Assembly: GCA_041920275.1 (NCBI GenBank)
Contig: JAYRSE010000001.1
Span: forward strand, 2,004 to 66,003
Direction: 5' to 3'
DNA length: 64,000 nucleotides
Source: Minisyncoccota bacterium
GTDB lineage: Bacteria > Patescibacteriota > Minisyncoccia > Phycocordibacterales > UBA12088
Part shown: one piece after another, positions 1 through 8,409 of the stretch
Layout: every line of letters starts with the position of its first letter
Position numbering within the stretch: the stretch's first letter is position 1
The notes under the pieces: model-generated
Databases searched by the model: none
The model's input: the letters and a program-made list of their open reading frames with translations, nothing else
Told to the model about the DNA's origin: nothing
Translations under genes and position numbers: made by a program

Positions 1-393
1 CTTGGTTCAGGGGTGGTATTTCTTCTCGTTCGACGCTATGGCAGGACGCTGGTGCATCGGTATGTCGAACCCTCGACCCTCAAGCGGTTTGCCTACATGG
101 CACGAACCAAGGGCCCGGTCGCACTCTTTTTTGTCTACCTCGTACCCGGTCTTCCGGACGACGTGGTGAGCTTCATTGCCGGCCTGAGTAGCTTACCGAT
201 ACGCACACTTCTCGCCATTTCGTTCATAGGAAGACTGCCCGGATATTTCGCGCTCGCGTACGTTGGTGATAGTTTGGCACAGGGTAGAGAACCGACGGTT
301 ACGATCGGATTGTGTTGCGCGGTTACAGCCGTATTGGTGTTGGCCTATTACAACGCAGGACGCATTGAGCGCTACATACGGCGGTACGCATGA
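1..393 (+). CDS. DedA/SNARE-associated (TVP38/TMEM64) family membrane protein, 5'-partial (continues upstream of window)
   Basis: Open frame from nt 1. C-terminal motifs KGP..LFF.YL.PGLPDD and SF.AG match the DedA family. Confidence 0.7.
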   Translation, partial: LGSGVVFLLVRRYGRTLVHRYVEPSTLKRFAYMARTKGPVALFFVYLVPGLPDDVVSFIAGLSSLPIRTLLAISFIGRLPGYFALAYVGDSLAQGREPTVTIGLCCAVTAVLVLAYYNAGRIERYIRRYA

Positions 394-534
394 GCGATCG
401 CACCCGTGCGCAGTCGTGAGGACAAACATCATCCATAATTCGAGGGTGGAGTGGGTGATCGGGGTATTCGCGTCACTGTATGACGGTGAACGGTTGCCCG
501 AAACATAGACGCATCTAACGTCGATACCCTGCTC

Positions 535-1332
535 TCACTTTCTTCGAAATGCGAGGTAGGCGAGTGTGCAGAGGAATATGCCGATGCAGGCGGCTGCGGC
601 AAGTATGATGTGCGGATACTGCCCGTCGAAACCCGAAGGCGCGAGGTGTTTGTAGAGGATTCCCGCGTACGCCCACACGAGCACGGCTCCGTATGCCGAT
701 GAGCGATCTTGGAGCGTGCGCCACGTCCCGATGAGTGCGCCGATACAGAGTACGATGATCGTCCAGACGTCTTTTGCGAGTCCGAACCCGTTCCATTCAA
801 TACTGACGAGCAGTACGGTGATGTTCGCGATCGTGGCGACCGTGATCCAACCGAAATACACGCTGAAGGGGGTGCGAATGAGGAGCTCGTCGCGTTTCGA
901 AAATGTTTCTCCTCGCAGCATGTGCGCGATGTGGGTGAGGGTGGTGAGGAGGGTGAGCATGATGATCACCGAGAGTGCGATGTGTCCGTGGTGCCACGCG
1001 AAGATCCATGCGACGTTGGCGAGCGAGGTTACGACAAAATACCAACCGACCCGCGCAAGGAGTCGTTCGCGCGCTCGCGAGGATCCGCTCGCCCAGCACC
1101 CGAGTTGGCGCAGTGTGTGTATACCGAGCAGGAGGTAGATGAGGCCCCATATCGCAAAGGTCAATCCCGCCGGAGTGAAGAGGTTCGGGTACGCGTCGGA
1201 CGCTTGTCCGGTGGTGACGCCCCCGATGGGAAGTGCGTTCGCAAGATAGTTCACGAACACCGTGCCGAGGTACGCCACCACCAATATGGCTTTGCGGAGG
1301 TGCGAATGATATTCGGTGAGTAGGGTGTGCAT
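535..1332 (-). CDS. Multi-pass tryptophan-rich membrane protein, TspO/MBR-like
   Basis: 265 aa with 5-7 hydrophobic helices. Segment FTPAGLTFAIWGLIYLLLG resembles the TspO signature. No competing ORF on the other strand. Confidence 0.55.
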   Translation of the reverse strand: MHTLLTEYHSHLRKAILVVAYLGTVFVNYLANALPIGGVTTGQASDAYPNLFTPAGLTFAIWGLIYLLLGIHTLRQLGCWASGSSRARERLLARVGWYFVVTSLANVAWIFAWHHGHIALSVIIMLTLLTTLTHIAHMLRGETFSKRDELLIRTPFSVYFGWITVATIANITVLLVSIEWNGFGLAKDVWTIIVLCIGALIGTWRTLQDRSSAYGAVLVWAYAGILYKHLAPSGFDGQYPHIILAAAACIGIFLCTLAYLAFRRK

Positions 1333-1485
1333 GGTGTGCGGTACGCGGAGTTGGAGCTTACAGACAGTATGACATACCTCTCAGTGGTGACACAACCGTG
1401 ATCCGGCTCATGCGCGTTGCGTCTCACATTTGCGAAGCGCTCGCACAACTCCATGTGAAAAGTTTTTGCGTGGTATACTGCATGG

Positions 1486-2184
1486 ATGCAAGAACTCACG
1501 TGTCCCGAGTGTCGTGTTGTGATGCGTCCGGTACGTGTTTCCGCTCATTACCATGGTCAGGCGATCCAAGTTGAACAATGCGCGTCGTGCGGTGGTCTGT
1601 GGTTTGACCGCTCAGAGCAGCACCGTGTCTCCGTAGAGCACATCGAGTCGCTTGATCCTTATGATGAGCGTGCGCTTCTGCGTCTACACACGGTTCGCGA
1701 TGGTGCGTGCCCCAAGGACGGTGCCGGGTTGCGGCGCTTTGTTGATGTTCAGTTTCCAAAGAATATTGTCATTGAGACCTGTGATGTGTGCGGGGGGTTG
1801 TGGTTCAATCGAGGTGAGTATTGCGCCTATCGGAGGTTTTTTGAACATTTCAAAAAACGTCAAGAGAGAAAGGATGCGGACCATGAGTCTCCGGTTCAGC
1901 ATCTGACGCGGGCATTTATGCATTTTCAACGTAACAAGGAGGTGCGAAATCGTAAACGACTCGTGATGCGCACACTTTCGGTCGAAACCATGAAATCGCT
2001 TCTCGTGTTCCTGTTTTCCGGTCCCGTGGGAGGATTGTCATTGGCCACACTGTACCTGGTGCCGCTCGCAGTGGTCTTGCAAGTTCTGTTGAGATCAGAG
2101 CACGGCTTCGGCATACAGGTCGATATGGAAGAATTCAAACGTCTCGTCAGTGAGTTGCAAGCGGAACAAAGAAAACGAGAGTAG
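1486..2184 (+). CDS. Zinc-ribbon (zf-TFIIB-like, two CPxC...CxxCGGxWF repeats) protein with C-terminal TM segment
   Basis: Two copies of C-P-x-C ... C-x-x-C-G-G-L-W-F-[DN]-R motif; hydrophobic C-terminus. Confidence 0.6.
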   Translation: MQELTCPECRVVMRPVRVSAHYHGQAIQVEQCASCGGLWFDRSEQHRVSVEHIESLDPYDERALLRLHTVRDGACPKDGAGLRRFVDVQFPKNIVIETCDVCGGLWFNRGEYCAYRRFFEHFKKRQERKDADHESPVQHLTRAFMHFQRNKEVRNRKRLVMRTLSVETMKSLLVFLFSGPVGGLSLATLYLVPLAVVLQVLLRSEHGFGIQVDMEEFKRLVSELQAEQRKRE

Positions 2185-2285
2185 TATCGGAAATGTGTAC
2201 TCGTGTGATCGATGAAGACGTGGAGTAATTTTGCGAAGCCCGATCTGAAACCTCACAGTGAGATTTGGTCGGTTTTTAAATTTAG

Positions 2286-2337
2286 TGTTGTGCGTGTCGG
2301 TACTCGGCACAACTCAAACCCCCGCGGTTTGCGGGGG
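2286..2337 (-). terminator. Double-hairpin terminator region. Second hairpin CCCCCGC-ggttt-GCGGGGG, followed by T-run on minus strand.
   Basis: Perfect 7-bp GC stem at 2319-2337 plus a second stem TTGTGC..GCACAA at 2288-2312. The minus strand reads stem then TTTGAGTT. Confidence 0.4.
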
Positions 2338-2395
2338 GTATCGAGTGGCGTGAGAGGTGAGATCGTTTGGTCGTGAAGGTGAGCGGATCGCACGC

Positions 2396-2605
2396 TTATC
2401 CTCGACCTCCACGCCAACGTTTACCTCCTCTGTGGGGGTGGATTTGGGATCCGTCGCAGGGTGTACGCGCACGATCATCTCTTGTGCGGTCACCGGTCTT
2501 GGAGTTGCGGCGCAATAGCATAAAGATAAGAACGAGTATGACAGCACCCGTGATCAAAAGTATGGGCGGTATGTTTTCGATCGTCTCGAAGATGGAATTC
2601 ATTGC
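2396..2605 (-). CDS. Small membrane protein (one TM, Arg-rich tail), hypothetical
   Basis: Start MNSIFETIEN.. followed by TM helix. Lies between the upstream membrane-protein gene and a downstream hairpin terminator. Low-complexity tail lowers confidence. Confidence 0.3.
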   Translation of the reverse strand, partial: AMNSIFETIENIPPILLITGAVILVLIFMLLRRNSKTGDRTRDDRARTPCDGSQIHPHRGGKRWRGGRG

Positions 2606-2716
2606 CGTGCTCCTTACAAGGTGTGAGTGATCTCCGGTCGCTATCATACGTGTGCGCTCAAGGTGGCGCAAGTGGTGCGGGGTAAGGTACAACCGCCCGA
2701 GGGCGGTTGTGATCTG

Positions 2717-3328
2717 CTACGCGCGTAGGTACTCCTGTGGCGCGGACGCGTTTGGGCGTGCAAACGATAGTGCGATGAGGTACGTTGCCACAAAGAGCAC
2801 GCCGAGTGTCATCTGGAACATGATCACAACGAAGAATAGTGCCCAGAACACGACACGAAACTGTCGGTGCGCATTACCCAATGCAGTGCTGATGTTGGAG
2901 ACACCGCGAATGTACTCGAAGTATGGGTCAAGAAACACGCGCCGATGTGCGTAGAGTATCAGTGGAACGGGGATATACACCGCAAAGGCGAGGGTGAAAG
3001 CGAACATATCGTCTCGGGCAACTCTTCCCAATGATACCGCATCGAAGAAAAGGTGTATCGCGAAATACATCCAGATCGCGAAAGCGCCCAAGATGACCGA
3101 TGTGCGTGCGAGGGCGTACCGGTCCCATCCAAAATATGCTTGCGTATAGTCTGCCAGTCTACCCAAGATGTCGCAAAACCGGTGATCGAGATCGTACTTG
3201 CTGTACATGGTGAACACCTCTGTTTTTGGATCTGTCGCAACAATACGCGCAATGTATGCCGAGCACAATGCCTCTGGCCGCATGCCGGTCGTGTTGCCGT
3301 ATGCTGCTTTTCCGGAACTTTTGATCAT
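2717..3328 (-). CDS. Hypothetical integral membrane protein
   Basis: 203-aa ORF with 4 predicted hydrophobic helices. No recognizable family. True start may be an internal Met (3283 or 3208). Confidence 0.5.
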   Translation of the reverse strand: MIKSSGKAAYGNTTGMRPEALCSAYIARIVATDPKTEVFTMYSKYDLDHRFCDILGRLADYTQAYFGWDRYALARTSVILGAFAIWMYFAIHLFFDAVSLGRVARDDMFAFTLAFAVYIPVPLILYAHRRVFLDPYFEYIRGVSNISTALGNAHRQFRVVFWALFFVVIMFQMTLGVLFVATYLIALSFARPNASAPQEYLRA

Positions 3329-3419
3329 GTGACACGGATCTCGCAGTATTTTTCCTTCGGAAGATCTGTGTACCTATGACGAATTTGGTGCGCAGGTGTG
3401 CAGCACTTGCAGTCCTCAG

Positions 3420-3448
3420 TTGTGGATTATGTAGTGCGGCGGTATGAT
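3420..3448 (+). promoter_or_regulatory. Sigma70-like promoter TTGTGG-17nt-TATGAT, 6 nt upstream of ATG (leaderless)
   Basis: -35 at 3420-3425, -10 at 3443-3448, ATG at 3455. Confidence 0.4.
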
Positions 3449-3454
3449 GTTTGT

Positions 3455-3748
3455 ATGGATAAAGACCTGGAGGAACGACTGAGCTCGCTCGAGGATACGC
3501 TCGAGATGGTGCTCGAACGGCAAAAAGAGACCACCGACCTCATGCAGGGGTATCTGGAGAACATGACGGAGCTCGTGCGGGGTTTGCAGGGGCAGGTGGG
3601 TGATGTGGTAGACGAGGAGCATGACGAGGAGCCGGAGTATGTTTCCGTGATCACGGAAAAGCTGGACGAGTTGTCGGAAAAGTTCGATGACCTCGACCGA
3701 GCCAGGGGTGAGGCGTCGGAACCAGCGCCCGGGCGTACGGATGCGTAA
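3455..3748 (+). CDS. Acidic coiled-coil hypothetical protein
   Basis: ORF with heptad-like Leu/Glu-rich sequence. Its promoter is immediately upstream. Confidence 0.45.
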   Translation: MDKDLEERLSSLEDTLEMVLERQKETTDLMQGYLENMTELVRGLQGQVGDVVDEEHDEEPEYVSVITEKLDELSEKFDDLDRARGEASEPAPGRTDA

Positions 3749-3791
3749 GTGCGCGTTCGGTATGGCAGTATCCACCGTCTTTCATTAGCGC

Positions 3792-4742
3792 ATGTTTCCG
3801 GCCTATCTTTCTTTGTCACTCTTCGCACTCTTCGCGTTCACCACGCAAGCGCTTGTGCCCCTGTGGGAGCGAGTGGGGAAAGATGAATCCGCCGTCACAG
3901 AACTTCCTCCCATTACGCTCACTTTTGTCGGCGACATGATGTTCGATCGGTACGTGCGCGAAAAGGCGGAGGTGAACGGCTATGATGTCATCCTTGAGAA
4001 GACGGCGCCGCTCTTTGCATCGAGCACTTACGTGTTCGGCAATCTTGAGGGACCGATCACCACCTTCGCGCCCGTCGCGGACTATCGCGACAGCGGGCCG
4101 GACCATTTCCGCTTTACGTTCGCCACGAAGACCGCGCGCGTGCTTCGCGAGCACCGATTCAGCGCCGTTACCCTCAACAACAACCATATCACCAACTTTG
4201 GGACGGAAGGAGTGGTGCAGACCAAGGAGTGGCTCGCGCATGCCGGTGTGGGCCACGTTGGTGCACCGGATGATCTGTACACTCCCTGGCGAACGGCGAC
4301 CAGCGGCATTGAGATCGCTGTCTATTCGTACAGTCCATGGCACACAAAAGACTTTGAGCGCATGCGTATGAGCATCGGAGCCGAAGCAACATCGACGCTC
4401 GTCGTGGTGCTTACGCATTGGGGTGAAGAGTACGAGACGGTACCGAATGCAGCACAGGTTGCGCGTGGGCGTTCATTCGTCGATGCGGGAGCGGACCTTG
4501 TGATCGGCTCGCATCCGCATGTGATCCAGCGCAAAGAAGTATACAAAGGGGTGCCGATCTATTACTCGCTCGGCAACTTCGTGTTCGATCAGTATTTCTC
4601 GAGCGAGGTGCAATGCGGCGCGGTCGTTTCGTACACCCGTTTTCCCGACGGTGGTGCGACCACGAGTGAAGCGTTCATCGAACTGCGTAAAGACGGCACC
4701 ACCGCCACCTCGTCATGTGCTTCGAGCGTTTTGGTGTTGTGA
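3792..4742 (+). CDS. capA: CapA/PgsA-family poly-gamma-glutamate synthesis metallophosphatase-like protein
   Basis: Signal/TM N-terminus. Motifs FVGDMMFDR, NNNHITNFG, VVLTHWGEEY, GSHPHVIQ and SLGNFVFDQ are typical of CapA (calcineurin-like). Confidence 0.8.
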   Translation: MFPAYLSLSLFALFAFTTQALVPLWERVGKDESAVTELPPITLTFVGDMMFDRYVREKAEVNGYDVILEKTAPLFASSTYVFGNLEGPITTFAPVADYRDSGPDHFRFTFATKTARVLREHRFSAVTLNNNHITNFGTEGVVQTKEWLAHAGVGHVGAPDDLYTPWRTATSGIEIAVYSYSPWHTKDFERMRMSIGAEATSTLVVVLTHWGEEYETVPNAAQVARGRSFVDAGADLVIGSHPHVIQRKEVYKGVPIYYSLGNFVFDQYFSSEVQCGAVVSYTRFPDGGATTSEAFIELRKDGTTATSSCASSVLVL

Positions 4743-4840
4743 CCAACGCAGGATGGAACACATCGTGTAGTGATGAAAACCGCATCATACGGTACTCGTG
4801 TTTCGGCCGTACCGGTAAAGAGTAAGAAATAATACCCTAT

Positions 4841-4969
4841 GAAATCACCATGAACTCCGCCTGTACACCTTATGAGAAACCGCTCCAAGGGAGCTTGCCC
4901 GGTCTTAGTTTCTCAAAAGGTGTACAGACTCCGTGTCCCGGTGGTTAGTTGAAGATGGTATAAATAATG
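4841..4969 (+). repeat. Structured intergenic repeat, copy A (nested inverted repeats around conserved 27-nt loop)
   Basis: P1 CTGTACACC/GGTGTACAG, P2 GAGAAAC/GTTTCTC, loop CGCTCCAAGGGAGCTTGCCCGGTCTTAG. ~85% identical to the copy at 21619-21748. Confidence 0.7.
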
Positions 4970-5040
4970 CTGGTTGTGGTGGGCTTGTTTTGTGTTTCGG
5001 AGTGCTGGGCGGGGTATTGCGTGGGTGCTATACTGGTTCA

Positions 5041-5424
5041 ATGCAGCATCAAGAACATTGGCGACGGTTGCTGCTCCGCACCGAGGAAACGGCACGCCGC
5101 TACGAGGAGGCCTGTGCACAGCAGAAGGCCGACGGTGGGTGTCGTTTATGCAACGATCCCGAGTCGATCGAGGAGTACGCGCATTGGCGTCTCATGCCGA
5201 ACAAGTTCCCGTACGATCGTCTCTTCGCGAAAAGCGACATGCTGGTGACTCGGCGTCATACCGATGAGTACGATCTTTCGGACGAGGAGCGTTCGGAGCT
5301 GCTTTCGCTCAAGGTGGGAGTGCTTGCCGACCGGTACGACTCACTGCTTGATCATTTGCCACGTCAAAAATCCATTCCGCACCACTACCACGTGCATCTT
5401 GTCTCGTTCAAACGACCGCTCTAA
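5041..5424 (+). CDS. HIT (histidine triad) family protein
   Basis: C-terminal H-H-Y-H-V-H-L-V histidine-triad motif. TATACT box 6 nt upstream of the ATG. Confidence 0.65.
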   Translation: MQHQEHWRRLLLRTEETARRYEEACAQQKADGGCRLCNDPESIEEYAHWRLMPNKFPYDRLFAKSDMLVTRRHTDEYDLSDEERSELLSLKVGVLADRYDSLLDHLPRQKSIPHHYHVHLVSFKRPL

Positions 5425-5612
5425 AATCGACCACCGCGTCAGTGCAGGTGATCCGAGTGGGGAGTGAACGGGTGCGGTGCGAATGTGGCGGGAACGGGTC
5501 GGCGCATCGTCCAACCAAGGTCTTGTCGTGCACAATGACCCGCAACGGCAGACGAGGGATTGCCTCAATGGGCCTGTGCGCCAGGAATCAAGGCGAAAAA
5601 ACGGTAAAAAAC

Positions 5613-5641
5613 TTGCATTGACAACAAACATGTGGTATAAT
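5613..5641 (+). promoter_or_regulatory. Strong sigma70-type promoter TTGCAT-17nt-TATAAT with downstream GGAG RBS
   Basis: -35 at 5613-5618, -10 at 5636-5641, GGAG ~9 nt before ATG 5673. Confidence 0.55.
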
Positions 5642-5672
5642 ATAAAAAGGTAAACGAACTGGAGTAGTAATT

Positions 5673-5912
5673 ATGAAGTTTTTCGCACTCGCGACCGTGC
5701 TCATGCTGGCAGGTTGTCAGCATGTGCAGTACGTACCGTACGTTCCGCCCAATTCGCAGGCTGATTCGGCGCGGTACGTGAACGAGACGCTTCGGCCGGG
5801 ACTTTTCCCATGGCTTGAGCACTGTCGGCGTTCGGCGTCAGCGACCGCCTACTCGACCGAGTCGAGAAGTGGTCATCAGTATCAGGCAAATCAGGTCTGT
5901 AAGGACCGTTAG
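5673..5912 (+). CDS. Small lipoprotein (lipobox LAGC)
   Basis: Signal peptide MKFFALATVLMLAGC. Consensus promoter and RBS are upstream. Confidence 0.55.
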   Translation: MKFFALATVLMLAGCQHVQYVPYVPPNSQADSARYVNETLRPGLFPWLEHCRRSASATAYSTESRSGHQYQANQVCKDR

Positions 5913-5921
5913 GAGGTTCAG

Positions 5922-6455
5922 GTGAGAGCAATTATTCTTATCATCGTCTCGTTGCTTTTCGTGGGGTGCACCGGCATGGCGCCGAGGACCCCGCAGGAAG
6001 TGGCTGCCATGTGTCCCCCCGGTTCGCAAGCGGTAGCAGAAGCGGTCGCCGGCGAACGGGGACCATCGAACAAAAAGGCGATGCGAGTCGCTTGCGTGAG
6101 ACCGGACGGGACCTATGTTGCCGCACGAGAAGCGGCGGTGAACGGGCCCAGAGGGTATCAGGCCAAGCGGGAAGAGGTGACGAACTTCGAACGCAAGAAC
6201 ACGTCCGTTGCGATAGAAAATAGGGCGCGGGGTGTTCATGCGGAAGCCGGATACTCCTACCGGAACCCGTTTTTTGGCCTGCGCGTGCAGGCTGGTACGG
6301 GTGGCGATCGTTACCCGTACGGGGGGTACCGCTCATTTCAGGACCGGAGAGGGATGTGCTATGTAGCACATAAGAACGGCCTCTCGGGGTGGTACCACAA
6401 GTCATCGGTGTCGCGCTCCGTCACAGAGAGTGCAAGGAGTGTGCGATGTTATTGA
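5922..6455 (+). CDS. Lipoprotein (lipobox LFVGC), hypothetical
   Basis: Signal peptide with LFVGC, placed in tandem after the previous lipoprotein gene. Confidence 0.6.
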   Translation: MRAIILIIVSLLFVGCTGMAPRTPQEVAAMCPPGSQAVAEAVAGERGPSNKKAMRVACVRPDGTYVAAREAAVNGPRGYQAKREEVTNFERKNTSVAIENRARGVHAEAGYSYRNPFFGLRVQAGTGGDRYPYGGYRSFQDRRGMCYVAHKNGLSGWYHKSSVSRSVTESARSVRCY

Positions 6456-6461
6456 GCAAGC

Positions 6462-6492
6462 TCGACCATGGAGGGTCGGGCTTTTTCTTGTT
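6462..6492 (+). terminator. Rho-independent terminator CGACC-atggag-GGTCG followed by GGCTTTTTCTT
   Basis: Stem-loop followed by T-run, directly after the lipoprotein gene. Confidence 0.45.
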
Positions 6493-6909
6493 CGGCATGG
6501 AGAGGACTCGGTCACGACTCACTAAGTATTTTGCTTCGTTCCTCGCAAAATTCCAAGTGGTCTCGAAGTTTTGCACTTGTTTTTGTAACTCGTTCCTCGT
6601 AACAAAAACTACGCCCGGCTCGGCTGTGCCTGCGGCACATGCCTCCGCCTTTCTCGTCCTCACGCGAGCAAAGCAGTTTGCTCGCTTCGTGCCCACTTGA
6701 ACAAAAACGGCCGCCTTGCGAGGCGGACACGTTTTTGTATTCAAGTGGACTTTGACTTTGCTTTTATAAACCCCTTGATTGATGAGTTGGAGTATTTGGC
6801 GGAGGTTTTGAATGGGATGTATGGGAAAGCGACAGAAAATAAGAAATGAAAATGCCCGCCCTGTGGTGAAAGGCGGGTACAAAGCACAAGTGCATTTTCG
6901 CACATACAG

Positions 6910-7531
6910 TCATCGAAACAGTGGCGCACGTCCTGTGTTCTCAAGACTCACTTCGTTGCCGATCATTTTTCGTTTAGCAAATGTGTATATGGTCGGCGGG
7001 AATATGTCAAGCAGGTTGCCCTGTATACCACGAAAGCGAGACTGTATTCTTTCAGCGACCTCTTCAAAGGTGTGTTGTGGGTACAGTGCAACAAACACCT
7101 TCACCATGCGTGCGATAAGGTAGTCACCAATAAAGTGGTCAAAGACCAAACTATATTGTTCTTCTTTGGTTGAGTAGTGTTCGCGTCGAGGAAGTTGGTG
7201 ATGCGGTGATGTGTCCATCCGTGCGCCTAAAAGGTGAGGGTATATCGGGGTGCCACATAAACAGTGCGCCACCACCACCAAATATCGCTTCTCGCACTTC
7301 TGGTGAAGGCATATCCTCAAAAACCGTTACCTCATCGCGGTCTACTCGAACGAAAGGCACTCCAAATTCACGCATACCACATTCTGGCGAGTATCGCGGG
7401 TCAACGTCGGAAAAGTGAGTAAAGTCACCCTTCGCATCGTTAACGTATCGTTCGAGATACAGGAAACCTGCTTCCCGAATATGTGTATTGGAAACACCGA
7501 CAAGAAGTTGATCGAGTCGCATTGCGTACAC
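6910..7531 (-). pseudogene. Probable frameshifted gene (two overlapping minus-strand ORFs 7151-7531 and 6910-7320 in different frames), function unknown
   Basis: Two ORFs overlap by ~170 nt and have similar composition. One indel in the poly-G region (GGGGG near 7230-7260) would fuse them into a ~200 aa product. Confidence 0.3.
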
Positions 7532-7578
7532 TCATTGTTGAGTTGAAAAGAACCACCGCTAGAGGATACTAGCGGTGA

Positions 7579-8364
7579 TTATACCGTACCATGAACGTGT
7601 AAGAAGTCAAACACTGCATCTGCAAATGCCTTGTGCGCTTCGGCTGACTCTACTCCATATAGTGTTCGAAAATCGTGGTTTGCACCCAAAACAACACGAG
7701 ACGATGTGTTTGCATGTGTGGCGTGCTCAAGAATCTTAAACGAGGATTCCTTCGGGACGATGGTGTCTTTTTCCCCGTAGAGTAAGAACATGTCGCCGGT
7801 GAATTGCTGTGCGACGGAAAGCAATGTGCTCTGTTCGGGCATTGTTGAGACAATAGGCTTGCTCGAGTTTCCCCTGCTCGAAGGTGGCGCACACAGAGAA
7901 AGTTTTTTTATGTTTGGGTATTTCGAAGTCAACATAAGTGCGAGCGTGCCACCAATCGAGGTGCCGTGCACATACAGTGTGACCTTCGCACTGTCACATC
8001 CAAACAACTCTTCCGCATGTTCCGTCACATATGACGCAACCATCCGCAGGTCATCAAGTTCGTCGCTAAATGACTTGTCACCGAACGCCCTTTTGCGGTC
8101 TTCAAAATTGCTGTCTGCCGAAAACGTGAAGTCTCGTGAGGAGTTATAAAACACCACATGACTCACGTTATGTTCAATCAACATGTCACCAAGTACGTTC
8201 ACTGCACACGCATGTGAAGGGTCAAAAACACCGAACAACCCCTTGCAGATAATGGTGACTACCGGTGTCGGTTGAGTGGGTGCGTATAAATACACATCCA
8301 CTGGTTTGTCGTGGTAACTTCCATGAAGTTGCACATGTTTCATTGTCTTTTTCTCCAAAGTCAT
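7579..8364 (-). CDS. Alpha/beta-fold hydrolase (GXSXG: HGTSIGG)
   Basis: Nucleophile elbow VHGTSIGGTLAL. Downstream Asp/His residues are consistent with a dienelactone-hydrolase-like fold. Confidence 0.7.
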   Translation of the reverse strand: MTLEKKTMKHVQLHGSYHDKPVDVYLYAPTQPTPVVTIICKGLFGVFDPSHACAVNVLGDMLIEHNVSHVVFYNSSRDFTFSADSNFEDRKRAFGDKSFSDELDDLRMVASYVTEHAEELFGCDSAKVTLYVHGTSIGGTLALMLTSKYPNIKKLSLCAPPSSRGNSSKPIVSTMPEQSTLLSVAQQFTGDMFLLYGEKDTIVPKESSFKILEHATHANTSSRVVLGANHDFRTLYGVESAEAHKAFADAVFDFLHVHGTV

Positions 8365-8409
8365 CTGAATTGCAGAGTATAGAATTTGAATAATGAGTCA
8401 AGGATGTGC

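Noticed and set aside
4851-4950. Possible 32-aa peptide (MNSACTPYEKPLQGSLPGLSFSKGVQTPCPGG) encoded within repeat copy A
   Set aside because: Copy B carries a 1-nt indel that changes the frame. Conservation is at nucleotide and structure level, not peptide level.
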